A stretch of DNA of 64,000 bases from Lama glama (GCA_028534125.1 CM052817.1:63552001-63616000), one strand, 5' to 3'. Shown: positions 1 through 12,891, counted from the stretch's first letter. Made by a program: numbers and translations. The notes: generated by a model from the letters alone, not told the origin.

Positions 1-1014
1 CATCCTTCAAGGGATTAATCTGGGTAACCAAGTGCAGTAAGTGTCCCTTTGTACTAGCTAGACAATCACTTTAAGCAGACAAGTCAGTGATCGGTAAAAG
101 GTATTGGTTAAACTAGCTAGTCCGTCTTGTTTGTGTAAGAACAGAAGAAAGGAGGGAGAAAAAAAGAGCCATGAACAGAAGCTAGCAGAAGATTGAGAGC
201 CAAAGACCCCAACCAGAGATCAGGAGAAGAACAGCCATTATTCATGTACTAAGTACCTGAGTCAGTAGTTGTTTCCTCCTTGTAAACTGTGGAAAAACCA
301 CCGAGAACTCTATTGCCAGCTTCCTGGAAGAGCATATAGCCTAGTTAAGCTGGACTCCCTACTGAGCATTTGGAATCAATACATTCTTTGGTCTTGCTAA
401 TAATCACTTTTCACGGAAATAAATATCTTGTAGAAAATGGCCTAAGTTTTTCCCCGTTAATGACTTCTACCTTCAAATGGAGATATTTTGACTAATGAAA
501 TCAAAACAGCACATTCATTTCATTTCTGACTCCAGGTAAACACCGATTTAGGTTCTGGGACTTGGCAGAAGAGCTACCCAGAGCACATTTATTGAGATTT
601 ACTCTTTCAGAGAGAATGCTGAGTTGCCACAAACTCTTCAGATGTCCATCCTCACAACATTTGGGTCTGAGAACACGAGGCTATGGACAGCCAATTCTGC
701 TACTGAAACAGATTTGATTCCCTTTCCAATATGCATGTTGAAATAAAACAAGTAGCCTTATACTGAACATCACTAGCACTCTGAACTATAAACTTGGAAA
801 CTAACAGTTACATTCTATCATCTAATCCTGCCCGTGATGTCTTTGAAATAGCACAATAGCACATAGATTCATTCTATCATTCCTATTTACAATTTCCATT
901 TTCATTCTGTGCCATTATTTCTTGTATTCTAAACTGAAGCAGTTATCTCATGAGGGACTACTGCTTCCATTTTCTCTTCATTCAAATCTATGATCCTCAA
1001 CCTTTTGTACACTA

Positions 1015-1720
1015 CCATTTGCTGAGCACTTACTATGTAAGTTTTGACACACAGAATCTCATCTCATCCTCACAGTCACCCTGAGAGTTAGGAGATGATA
1101 ATATGGATTGGCTCTTTCAACATTTCATCTTTTTCCTAATGTACCTTCCTGGGCTGGAAGCTGGGAAAGTTAAATGCCACATTCCCCAGATTCATTTCCA
1201 GCTAAGGTTTCAGTGCAGCGTTCGTATGTATTCATGCAAAACTTGAATCAGAACTGAGTGAAGTCAGAGAGATGCAGAACTGAAGCTGTCTGTTTTCTGT
1301 TACAAACTGTAGCAGAGATGTCGTGACTCTGGATCTGAGTGATGTGGTGGTGACTTCTCGATATAGCAGTGGCTTCTGATCATGGCGGGAGCAACAGTTT
1401 CTATGTTAGTCCAGTTCTGCATTGTGGCTTTGGGCATCATTTTTAAAAACTCCACATAAAGACTGTTTTCTTCAGTCTGGCCAGTGATTCCAAAGGCCAT
1501 CCACTATTCTGTAGTAACTCTTTCCATGCTTAAAGTAGGCAGAGTGGATTATGGTAAGTGCAAATAAGCACTAAACTCTGTAGGTAAATTATATTCCCAC
1601 TGTCTATTTGAGGTAGAGTAGTTAAATGTCTGCTAAATTTATACAGATAGTAAGTAATGGTTTAGGATTTAAATCCAGCAAAACTATATGAGACATTGCT
1701 TTTAACCACTATGGCATAAA
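1015..1720 (-). mobile_element. MIR SINE relic split by an LTR33-like insertion
   Basis: MIR-like 'tttgctgagcacttactatgt...tcatcctcacagtcaccctg' (1018-1085) resumes after ~1580 with 'taggtaaattatattccc...ggatttaaatccag'. Confidence 0.55.
1101..1580 (+). mobile_element. ERVL solo LTR, LTR33-like
   Basis: 'gggctggaagctgggaaagttaaatgccacattccccagattc' and 3' end 'tgcttaaagtaggcagagtggattatgg...tgcaaataag' resemble the recalled LTR33 consensus. Confidence 0.6.
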
Positions 1721-2275
1721 GTGTTCTATTCACTGCACTATTCTCTCTATAAATTCCTTCTACGAGATGAAATCCACTTACCTTTTATTGTCACCAAAAA
1801 CCATTTTTAGCTTAGTTCCTTTTCTGTTTTTGCTTGTTTTTCTCCTCCAAAGCACTCCATGCTCTAGTCATGCTGAACTTACTCCTGGCCTTGCCCTGCT
1901 ATCTTGTTTTTCACTCTAATTCTTTCATCTGGAATTCTTTTCATTCACTTTTCTTACCCCAACTCTATACATACATTGAGAATTTATTCCTGAACTGTCT
2001 ATTCCTCTGAGAAAAATGTAGTCCTTAAAGATCATTCCTTTTTAATCCCACATCACTTGCAGTATATCATTGCCTTGATAATTGAACATAATGCCTTATA
2101 TCTCACTTATCATTATCTTATATATTGACTTTTTAAACCTGTGTCCACTTTATCTCATGGCTAAATCAGAAGGTTTTCGATAAATGAACTTCTTCTTATA
2201 GTTCACTGAATCCTCCTCCTCAACCATATAGATACCCTGGTGTCTTGCTGCTTTTATTTATATAATAATTTTAAG

Positions 2276-2445
2276 GTGATGGTTTTTAAGCTGAAGCTCT
2301 CACAAGGATTCCCTAAAGAGCTTCTTAAAACTATAGGTTCCTGAGCCCCATCCCCAAAAGTTCTTATTCAGTGGAGCTGAGATCTGGGAATTTGAATTTT
2401 TGACAAACTCCCAGGTGATGTAAATGCTGCTAATCCTGGAACTGT
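2276..2445. mobile_element. hAT-Charlie MER5A-like relic
   Basis: 'cctgagccccatccccaaaagttcttattcagtgg...tttttgacaaactcccaggtgatg' is typical of MER5A. Confidence 0.65.
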
Positions 2446-2479
2446 GTCAGCCCTATGGTAAGAATAATGGCCATTCCTA

Positions 2480-2680
2480 TAAAACTTTAAAATTCTTTTC
2501 ACAAGTACCATTTTATTTAACCCTCCATAATAGCTCTCTTAGGATTCTAGTATTATCCAATTTAAAAATTAAGAAAGGATATGTATGAAGTTTAAATGAT
2601 CCCCCTGGTCACAATGCTTGTAAGTAGCAGGACTAGATTTCTAGCTCAAATTCATTAATTTTAAGCTCTACTCTTTTTCT
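2480..2680 (-). mobile_element. MIR relic
   Basis: MIR core-like 'ttatttaaccctccataatagctct...tttaaatgat...ggtcacaatgcttgtaagtagcagg'. Confidence 0.5.
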
Positions 2681-2964
2681 TGACATTATAATGCTACTCC
2701 CTTCTCTTGAAACTGAAAAATAATTTATAGTAAATTATTTCTTATAATAGTTTTTATTTCTTGCCATCATGGAACTCAAAAATTTTCTTATCATAGGGTA
2801 GATTTATTTACTAATACTTGGTTATGCTAACTTGATGTCAAGTGAATGAATAAAACAGTTTTCTACAACTGATCAAATGAAAACTTACAGAAGATAAAGG
2901 AAAATGGAAAGGAAACAGAAAGAAAGCATATATTCAGTCATATTTTAGAAGATTTTAGAAAACT

Positions 2965-3880
2965 GCATGAGTCAAGGCTATTTTAATTGCAAATGGCAGA
3001 AACCCAACTCAAACCACTTTAAGCAAAAAGGGAAATATATTGATGCACAAACACATCTAAGTGCTTAAACAATATTACTACTATTTTCTTTTTCTCTTCG
3101 GCTGTCAGAAATATTTTTCTCTGCTCTGGGTAATTCAGATAAGCTATCCCCTCATGGTGACCCGAGAGTTACTGGTAATTCCAGGTATGGATCTTAGTAT
3201 TTCATAAACTCCATACAAAAGAGAGAGTCTTTTCCTATTGTCTGGCTCATATCTATTGGCTCTGTTTAGCTCGGCCTGATTCATGTACCCACCTAAGTGA
3301 TGGTTGTTAATAACTAAAATTTAATTGAGTAAATTTGAGGACCAAATTGGCTTTATTAAATGATTTATGAATCGGACAGCACCTCAGTAAAGAGATTCTC
3401 CAAGGAGTTATACAAAACAAAGTTTTTATAGAAAATGGGATAAGAAAATCATCAACAAGAGAAATGAAAGTCCATTGAAGGAAAATAAGAGCTCAAGTGA
3501 TGATAGCATCTCATTGGCTGAGCTATGGCATTTCATTGGCTGAACTTGTTGCTGGGCAGGAACAAAATCTTCCTTCCCCCTGCCAGAGTAGCAAAGTAGT
3601 TAGCACTTTCTGTTGGGGGTGCAAGGTAGTCTTTTCCAGTTGGGCTCTATAGCTGACCAAGAGCGGTAGGATGTGAGAGCTCCCTCTAAGGCCTTCCTGA
3701 CTCCAATTTTAGTTGAGGTTTTCTTTTATTAATTTTCATACACTTTAAAAGCACAGAATACTCAACTAAGACATGGGGACTAAAAATGGTTAAAGGGTAA
3801 TTTTTTAAAAAATCAGAGTATTATTACCAGAAGAAGCTGGAATGTTAAGTAGGCAAAATCAAAAAAATGTCTAACAGACT
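2965..3880 (-). mobile_element. Old MaLR LTR (MLT1K/L-like), interrupted by an ERV1-type LTR
   Basis: 'ttgcaaatggcagaaacccaactcaaaccactttaagcaaaaaggg' and 'ttattaccagaagaag...ggaatg' are hallmarks of old MLT1 LTRs. Confidence 0.55.
3305..3742 (-). mobile_element. ERV1-class solo LTR
   Basis: TG...CA termini; 'attgagtaaatttgaggaccaaattggctttattaaatgatttatgaatcggacagc' includes a minus-strand AATAAA and resembles laurasiatherian ERV1 LTRs. Confidence 0.5.
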
Positions 3881-4174
3881 GCTACATATTTGGGTATAAA
3901 TTTTGGGAAAGGTGATATGAATCTGCATATAAGGAAACCTTAGGTTAATTTGGGGAGTTTCAAGAGATTAATCATGCATGTGGATAAAAGTAATCTGATT
4001 AGGTGTTTTTCAAAAGGCCTTTATAAGAGCTATCAATATTAGTCATTTCAAAATTATAATTACAATTTATCAGATTAGAAACAATAGTAACAACAAAAAC
4101 CATAGGTGGATATAAAGGGTCATATCTATGGAGAGAAAAATACCAGTACAGGTATCAGAACTATGATTGGTGTT

Positions 4175-4641
4175 TGTAATAGACTGTATTCTGTTCCAAA
4201 TTCTTTTCTTCCTCCTCGGTTAGATTATACATCTATATATTATGTGACTTGCAGAGCCTGTCTGTGGAAGAAGTGAACTTCCCAACCTCATGGCACTGTG
4301 CCAGCCCAAATGATCTGCTTTGGGCAACGGAATTTGAGTGGAAGTGAGAATATGCCAGGTGTGAGCAGAAACTTTAAGAGCCATTGCAGATGTGGTTCCA
4401 TCTCCTTTCCTCTGTTACAAGAATAGAGTGTTCTAAATAGGGTCTTCAGGCTCTATTTTTAGCCTGAATTCTGGAATAGGGGGAGATGTGGGGCAGAACA
4501 GCACTACTGTGACAAGTAGCTCATACAAAACAGGAACAACGAAAAAAGCAAAAATTACAAAAAACCTTTGTTCTTATAAACTACTTGATTTGGGGGAGGG
4601 TCATTTGTTACAGCAAACTAACCTAGAACAAAATTGACACA
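4175..4641 (+). mobile_element. MaLR solo LTR (MLT1H/I/J-like)
   Basis: 'tgcttt gggcaacggaatttgagtggaagtga...aactttaagagccattg' and terminal 'tttgttacagca...aacctag'. Confidence 0.6.
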
Positions 4642-4734
4642 GTCTTATGTAAATTTCATTAAATGACCTGGAGAAAGGCCTGCATTGTTTTCCCTTTAAT
4701 TTGCAGGTAACACTAAGCTGTAATAAAATGAAAA

Positions 4735-4945
4735 CAAGTAAATTACCTGAATATTTGCTAAATCTCAAGCATTATGCTAACAGCTTCACTAACTTTATTT
4801 TCAGTGTTGTGTTTAGTCCTCTCTGAATCCCTATTACAAATATCATGAATTCTTTACCAGTAAGGAAACTCGCTTGCCCAAGGTCATATACTACCAGGCA
4901 GACTAAAATTAAAATTCTGGCTTCAGGTGCCAGGCTTTGAAGCAC
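4735..4945 (-). mobile_element. MIR relic
   Basis: 'taaggaaact...cttgcccaaggtcata' MIR core. Confidence 0.55.
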
Positions 4946-5260
4946 TTAAGAATTTTGGAGTGAATAAGTGACACATAATGCATGTATGAAGTGATAATCC
5001 AAACAATGGTCATGGAAGTGAGGACCCAGAGAATGTGGAGATTACTCTAGAAATGGTAAGAAAGCGCGCTGTAAGGCACCTGAGTAAAAGCAATTGGAAC
5101 TCAATAGACACTGAAAATAAAAGCTGAAAGAATACGTGTCAAATCTAAAAAGATATAAAGAGTATAAAAAAACAAAAGAATATGGCTTTAAATAGAAGTT
5201 TTAGACTATAATGAGTTCTTTCATGTGGCTGGAATAAATTTAACTTAGATTAAATAAAAT

Positions 5261-5704
5261 TGTGTGTTGAATTACATGCCCTCCACTGCCAAATTCATGT
5301 ATTGACGTCCTAACCCCTAGCACCTCAGAATGTGACCTTATTTGGAAACAGAGTTGTTGCTGATATAGTTAAATTAAGATTAGGTCATACTGGAGTAGGG
5401 TGGACCCTTAATTCAGTATGACAGACATCTTTAGAAAAAGGGGAAATTTGGACACAGACATACACACAGAGAGAAAGCCTTGTGAACATGAAGACAGAGA
5501 CCAAGGTGATGCAGCAGAAGATAATGAAGGTGGAAATTTGCCACCAAACCACGGAAGGCCAGGAGAGAGGAATGGGACAGGAGCTCATGTGGCTGACAAC
5601 TTGATCTTAGTTTTCTAGCCTCCAGAACTGAGACATAATGCCTTTCTGTTGTTTGAGCCACCTACTTTGCAACTTTGTTACAGCAGTCCTAGAAAATGAT
5701 TAGA
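5261..5704 (+). mobile_element. MaLR solo LTR (MLT1B-like)
   Basis: 'tcctaacccctagcacctcagaatgtgaccttatttggaaa...ggtcatactggagtagggtgg...ttctagcctccagaactgaga...ttgttacagcagtcctag'. Confidence 0.85.
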
Positions 5705-8009
5705 AGTTGATTAACTTAGAAAATAAGTTGTAAACTTACAGAACACCCAGCACTACAAAGTGCTAATCAGCTATCAATAAGATAAAAAGTTTGTGTAAAT
5801 TCATAATTCATAGAGCTAAAATGAGCTGTGAAGGACAGTTGTGATGTGTTCACGCTTCAGTCTTTGAGGCTGACTTCAGAGGGAGAACCTGAGAGAAAGC
5901 ATGAAAAGATTTTAGTTTATTTCATCAAAGGGATAAGCCTTCGAAGTTACTTCAATAATTGTGTGTTAGACTGGGATGACTTTCCAGATTTAATTTTTGG
6001 TATTTCCCAAGAGTGTCTAATATCTCCTTGTAAAATTTTAGTTACTTTAAAAATGTAGGCATAATGGGGAGGGCAGAAGTACTTTGGCCTCTCATGGAAA
6101 TAGTGTATTCTTTCACACCCTCTGCACTCAGCTGAAAATGGTGCCCTGATGGGCTGAGAGAGTTAATTCACATCCCAGATACCTAACTTACTCCCTGGGA
6201 GTAAATTACTCATTGGCAGGACAAGGTCATTCTTCATTTTAACCATTACCATAGCATTTTATATTGTCAAGTGCTATGTGGTTTCTCAATCCATAAAATC
6301 CCCTGGTGAAGTAAGGGAGATGACAAATTATGTCTGATTTAGAGACTAGGGAGCTGGGACGCAGGCAAGAGACAAAGCCATCATTGGTAAGGACCATCCC
6401 AAAAGGCAGGAGCTGTGGCCGGGGTCTCCGTTTGTCATGCAGAGTACAGAAATAAAGGGGTAAGGGATATTAGCTATGTGTGCAATTCCTGTATTTCTGG
6501 GAAGTTTAGCGCCCCACCCAAGCTGACTCTTGGCAGCACCCATCTGTCAAAGAAAGGAAAGGTACAAAGAAAGTGAAGTACAAATTATGTACAGTGTGTT
6601 AGAATCTAAGCTGTAAAATCAAAATGAAATACACCGTAGCTTAAAGTCAACTCCCCAAAACAGTATCGGGAGGACAAAGGACACTTTTTATTATTTGCCA
6701 CTATTTTGACAAGGGAATCGGTTAAAAGTATCAGTGGAGGCATAGCAAGGGGGCCAGGAGAGACAAAGCTTAGAAAAAAAGCACAAGAAACAAATATTCC
6801 ATTACTTAATGTAATTTCATCTAAAAATTTATATTAATTTAAAAAAAATCACTATTTCTACTTTGTCACTCAGTGATGAGGTTAAGCTGAGACTTGGCAT
6901 TTATTCCAACAAGCGTATTTTGCTGACTCTTGCAGCATATAAACTTAGCATTTGTCAAGTTATTAGTTATTGCCTGTAAAACAACGCTGGGCTTTTTGTT
7001 GTGAGTGTTCTGGGAGTACTAGGATCCTACCAGGCTACCAACCTGGGATCCCAGTTCTTGAAAACTGATAAAAATTTCAAAATGAGATATCAGAAAGAGC
7101 CATTAAGAGTAAGTCAACATGGGAGACTCAACTGGAATGCTGAACACTGGGATACAAGGTCAGGGTGGCTGGCTGATTCTCAAATTTCTGAAGTTGAATG
7201 TTCACCATTTCATGTCTGCTTCAAGCTAAATCCTAAGATACAGGTGGCCAGAACAGATGTGTTTTCATGTATAAGGTTTTACTTGCTTTTATTTTATGAA
7301 GTTTGAAATGTTCTAACCCATTTTCCTGCTGCCAATCAGAGATCTAGTGTTGCCCTGATATCCCATTGATTCTAAAAATCAATGACTGTCGTGCCAGTGC
7401 TTGGTTAGGGAGAATAATTGCTCTTTCAAAGCAAGCTTGCTGGGTAAAGATGGCCCTTCTGAATTTGATCAATTTTTATCACAATGAGGCCAAAGAGTTA
7501 AGAATCCATGTGATGATCTCTTTATATTGATGTCACTCAGGTCTTGAGCTCTTCTGGCACAAAGACTTACAGATCAAAATTACAAATTGGGGGTGACAAG
7601 TGTGGAAACAGCCGCCACAAATCTGACAGCATATCAAAACTTATTTTAGTGATCTTATAATTCAGTGAAATGAACATATAATCAGACGTAATTGTAATTA
7701 ATCCAAATCACACTCTTTAATACAATCACAGAATTTCTTGTTTGGTGGTAAGATCATAGGCTCTACTGAGCTAAAAAAAACAAAAAAACAAAAGAAAAAA
7801 ACTTTCTAACAGACCAAGCAAATTAATTACCACTATGTGCTATCACACATAATAAATGAGGAAGAGTTCTCAGATACTCTTTCAATCGGACTTTAAGATA
7901 AATTTCTGCCCATTACAAATATTTGGAAAGAAGTTTATACTTTAATGAGAAATTAAACTTCAAAAGAATGTACAAAATCCATCTGGTGGGGCATTTTATT
8001 CATAAATCA

Positions 8010-8959
8010 TTTTTTATTATGGTAAAATTTACATAACATAAAATTCACTATTTTAACTATATTATACAGTTTGGTGACATTTATACTAATGAATGTGTGC
8101 AATAAATAAATATACTATTCACAGCGTTCTAAAACCATTGCCACTGCCTCATTCCAAAACACTTTCATTACCCCAGAAAGAACCTCCTTACTTATTAGTC
8201 AATACCCATTCCTCCCTACCCACAAACCTTGACAACCACTGATAAGTTTTCTCTCTACAAATTTGTCTATTCTGAATATTTCATATAAACAGAATCATGC
8301 TGCATATGGTCTTTTCTGTCTGGCTTCAACTTTCACTTACCATAGTGTTTCTAAGGATATACATGTTATCACATGCATCAGTGCGTCATTCCTTTTTATG
8401 GCTGGATGAGAGTCTGTTGTTTACATATACCACACTTTCTTTATCCATCCATTGATGATCAACATCTGGGTTGTTTCTGTCTTCTTGACTATTCTGAATA
8501 GTACTGCTGTGAATAATCATGTATAAGTTTTTGTTTGAACATCTGGTTTTAATTCTATGGAGTATTCACCTAGGAATGAAATAGCTCAGTCACATGGTAA
8601 TTCTGTTTAATTTATTGGAGGACTGCCAAACTGTTTTCACAAGGACACCACTATTATGCAGACCCACCAGCAATATATGAGTGTTTCAATTTCTCCAGGC
8701 CTTTGCACTATTTGTTATTGACTGTTTTTGTTGTTGTTATTATAGTCATCTTATTGGATGTTAAGTGGTATCTTATTGTGTTTTCATTTGCATTTCCCAA
8801 ATGACAGATGATGTTGAGCATCTTTTCATGTGCTTGTTGACCATTTGTGTATCTTCCTTGGACAAATTTCTCCAAATCTCTTCCTTCACTCAATTTTTAA
8901 TTGGGTTGTCTTTTGTGGTTGAGTAGTAAGGTTTCTTTATATATGCAGGATACTAGACC

Positions 8960-9008
<49 letters not shown>

Positions 9009-9975
9009 CATACACATATATATATATGATTTGCAAATATTTTCTGTCATTATGCTGGTTGTCTTTTAACTTTCTCGATAGTGTCCTTTGACATAAATGT
9101 TTTAAATTTGAGAAAGTAAAATTCATCTATTTTTTAATTTGTTCCTTGTGTTTTTGGTATCATAGCTAAGAAACCATTGCCAAACCCAAGGTCATGAAGA
9201 TTTACTTCTGTTTTCTTCTAAGAGTTTTATAATTTTAGCTCTGACACTTAGTTCTTTGTTCCACTTTGATTTAATTTTTGTATATAGTAGAAGGAAAGGG
9301 TAATTTTATTCTTCTGCATGTAGATATTCAATTGTTAAAGACAATATTCTTTCCCATTGAATAGTTTTGGTACCTTTGTCAAAATAGATAATCTTAAGTG
9401 TATTGTTTTATTCCCAGATTCTCAATTCTATTCCATTAATCTATATGGCTATCTTTATGTTGGCACCAAACTTTTTTGATTACTGTAGCTTTGTGGTAAG
9501 TTTTGGAATTAAGAAGTATGAGTGCTCTAACATTGTGCTTCTTTTCCAAGATTGGTTTGGGTATTTGAAGTTCCTTGCAATTCTGTATGAATTTTAGGAT
9601 CAGCTTTTCCATTTCTTCAAAAAAGAAAAAAAAAGAAAAAAAAAAGACATTTAGATATTGATAGTTTTCGTTAATCTGTATATTGTTTTGGAGAATAATT
9701 CCATTTTCACAATATTATGTCTTCCAATTCATGAACATGCAATGTCTTCCCATTTATTTAGGTCTTTAATATTTTTAGCAATGTTTTATAGTTTTCAGTG
9801 TACCAGTCAATATTTCCTTGGTGAAATGCATTCCTAAATATTTCTTCTTTATGCTATTATAAATGGAATTGTTTTCTTAATTTCCTTTTGGATTGTTTAT
9901 TGCTGATATATAGAAATACAACTGATTTTTGCATATTGGTCTTGGGTCCTCCAACTTTGCTGAATTAATTTTATA
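8010..9975 (-). mobile_element. LINE-1 3' portion (L1MB-like), decayed
   Basis: T-rich tail near 8010; ORF2 C-terminal remnant in ORF 8708..8893 ([24 protein letters not shown]). Confidence 0.85.
8963..9027. repeat. (TA)n microsatellite with TACA interruptions
   Basis: Seen directly. Confidence 0.95.
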
Positions 9976-10059
9976 AAACTACTTTCCATGTTATAGTTAC
10001 TAGTCAAAAACAGATTGGATAATTTGGGCACAATGAGTTACTTCAGAAAAAACATTACA

Positions 10060-10362
10060 AAAAAACCCCCATAAATACAAAACAGAAACAGACTCATAGA
10101 CATACAGTACAAACTTGTGGTTGCCAAGGGGGTGGGGGGGGACGGAAGGGACAGGCTGGGATTTTAAAATGTAGAACAGATAAACAAGATTATACTGTAT
10201 AGCACAGGGAAATATATACAAGATCTTGTGCTAGCTCATAGTGAAAAAAATGTGACAATGAATATATGCATGTTCATGTATAACTGAAAAATTGTGCTCT
10301 ACACTGGAATTTGACACAACGTTGTAAAATGACTATTACTCAATTAAAAAAGTTTAAAAAAA
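10060..10362 (+). mobile_element. Young 5'-truncated L1 3' end with TSD
   Basis: Closely similar to 62990-63283; A-rich tail; flanked by AGAAAAAACATTACA (10045-10059) and AGAAAAACCATTACA (10363-10377). Confidence 0.9.
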
Positions 10363-11753
10363 AGAAAAACCATTACACATTTAAAAAATAGGACTCTTCT
10401 TATCATATTTCTATTTTAATTGATTTTATGGCTGTTATCATATACCTCTTCCATAAAGTAACAGTGAATTTAAAATAAACCCTTCTAAATGTATCCAAAA
10501 CAATTATAATGTACTCTGGCTTTCAGAAGGACTATTATTTATGTTAACAAAACAGTTGTCTGGTAGGTAAATAATAAACCTGCCAGCCCAAGACCTATAA
10601 ATCATTGAAGAAAACAAAAAAGAACCAAGGAACTATGCAAAACAGATTTATAAACACTATTTTAACACTTGATACTCACATATATTCCTTGTTTAAATTT
10701 AAATTGCACTTTGATTCTGGTGAGGTCATAGGTCCTCGCTGTGAACATGTTGGTAAAACTTCATAGCATTTGCAGACAAGTTTAAACCAGAGCACCAGAA
10801 AGTCTGCCATTACAAAGAAAATAAATGCACAAAATTTATGTCATAAAAGGTTGAGCAAATTTAAAGCAGAGAAGATTTATAAAAAAATCAAAAAGTTTAG
10901 CAATGACAGAGAAGAGACCAAGTGCCACTGAAAAAATCTAGCTCAGAGATAATAATGTGATTAAAAAGAGTGGGAATAAGAACTTAATTCTCTAGCAATA
11001 GAGAAAGAGCTGAAGCAGAAATAGGTTGGCTCAGGGATGAGATCGATCACAAAGGAAAATTGAAGGAGCTAGATGGTTCATGGCCAAATATAAGGGACAA
11101 AATCCAAGGGAAGAATCATATTTCACAGGAAGAGTTTAATGAACAAAGTAAGCAGTTTGTGGAGAGCTTAAGCAGCAGAATTGTGAACTGATGACGTCCC
11201 TGTCTGTGGTACTGGCTGAACCGAACCAAGCTCTCTAGGCGGAAGTGTGAAGTAACGGGCTGAAAATATTTTAAGGCCAATAAAAACGATCAAGTTTATG
11301 GTGTCAAGGGCATGGCATTTAAAATAATTTTGTCTTCAAGTACTAGCTTAAATTCCCTTGAGTGGTAGCAGTTAAGAAGTGATCAGTGCCAAAATAACAG
11401 GGAGTCACTCTTTAGTTTGCTCTGTCTGCTTTATCATGCTGATCTAATAGTGTTTGAAAGTTCAGGTCAGCATCCATCAGTGTAGGAAATCACTTAGCAT
11501 TCAAAATTTCACAGGGTGTTCATACATAGAGGTGAACCCTGCCTCCAGCAAGGTCAACATGTGAACGAATAGATTGGCTATCTTAAAGCTAAAAATCTAA
11601 ATTAGTGAGTGATTATTTTCTTTAATAAATAATCCTTTATTTCTGAATGTTTTAAGTATGACATTTCTTGTGTCATAATTAAAATGGTTCCAATATAAAA
11701 TTCAGTCTCTGTAGAGTATTAGCAGAGTATCTTTCACAAGATAAATTCTTTTA

Positions 11754-12340
11754 TGTAGTGGACACTGTAGTGCAGTGACCAGCTTCCTTTCAGTGAAGGA
11801 CTTACTGCCTCAGCCGCAGGACGTGCTGTTGCCAGACAGCTTTGAACTGTCAGACCCTTCAAGGGATTGACTCAGCTGCAGAGAGCCACCTTGCACAAGG
11901 TCACACTCGTTCTGGGGTGGCCCACCCCAATGACTGATCTATGCAGGAATATAAAGGCCAGCTGTCTTGGGCCAAGTTATCACAACTCTGAGACCCAATT
12001 CTATCTCCAGAGAACCCTGCTGGGATGACCAGAGCTGCTGCTGAGCTTGGGCTGCATCTCAACTTCTCCCTTTGGTCAGTCCTGCTTCCTTCCCTCCCTT
12101 CCATAAAGTTGATCCCAAGGATCCTTAGAAGACATTCTGCACTTTAAATTGGGGAGAGGGTGTGGCATTTAGGTTTGTTTAATTATTTATTTTTTATTTT
12201 TTAACAGAGGTACTGGGGATCAAACCTAAGACCTCATGCATACTTAGCACTCACTCTGCCACTGAGCTATACCTGTCCCAACATTCTGCACTTTAAACTG
12301 CATACCAGAGACTGTTTCCCAAGGACCCCAACTTCTAACA
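11754..12340 (+). mobile_element. ERVL solo LTR, LTR16-like
   Basis: TG start 'tgtagtggacactg'; end 'cagagactgtttcccaaggaccccaacttctaaca'; flanks TTTTA/TTATA. Confidence 0.7.
12149..12280 (-). mobile_element. tRNA-derived SINE (camelid Vic-1-like) inserted in the LTR16-like element
   Basis: Minus strand reads gtatagctcagtggcagagtgagtgctaagtatgcatgaggtcttaggtttgatccccagtacctc (A and B boxes); perfect 17-bp TSD ACATTCTGCACTTTAAA at 12132-12148 and 12281-12297. Confidence 0.9.
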
Positions 12341-12891
12341 TTATAGAACACGCATCAAACACGTATGTAAAAAAATGTATCCAGATTGTAAAAATGCTCA
12401 GATTACAGAAAATATGCAAAGAAAAATTTATCCAGATTGTTGAATTATACACATATTTTCAGAGGTAATACAAGATTGAAGGAAAATAGTAACAAATGGA
12501 GGACCTAGATGATATTAAGTATATAATTAAGGTTCCAGCTAATATAAACAGTGGTTAAAGGAAGTGTGTGTGCGTATACTCAGAACATGTCTTTCCATTT
12601 TTTTTTCATAATGAATATTGCTGGAAGTAAAACAGGTGTTGCTCTTCTCTTTTAGAAAATAGATCTCACCTACACTTTATTGGTGGCAAAATAAAGATTA
12701 TTCATAGAATTTAAAAAGGGCAAAAAGAATGGAAAATTGGAATGGGGAAAGAAAATTTCTGATCATTTTACAGTATTTGTTCACTGATGGTTCTTTTTTT
12801 CTATCTTCATTTCTAACACTGGTTTGTACACAGACTTTTTAAATTTCACCTAATTAAAATCTGATGTTGCATACAGATTTCTGTTGACTTT

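Larger units (their letters stand above)
3900..5960 (+). mobile_element. Fragmented ancient CR1/L3 LINE (RT region), interrupted by MLT1 and MIR insertions
   Basis: 4655-4720 reads ttcatt-aatgacctggag...tttgcaggtaacactaagctg, i.e. a degenerate FINDL...FA(DD)TKL motif; ~4005-4025 resembles the DF.KAFD motif. Confidence 0.45.

Noticed and set aside
510..545. CTCCAG|GTAAAC acceptor/donor overlap
   Set aside because: Weak donor and interrupted pyrimidine tract; expected by chance.
4685..4712. Recursive-splice-like TTTGCAG|GTAACA
   Set aside because: Weak donor, and explained by the decayed CR1 RT motif FA(DD)TKL.
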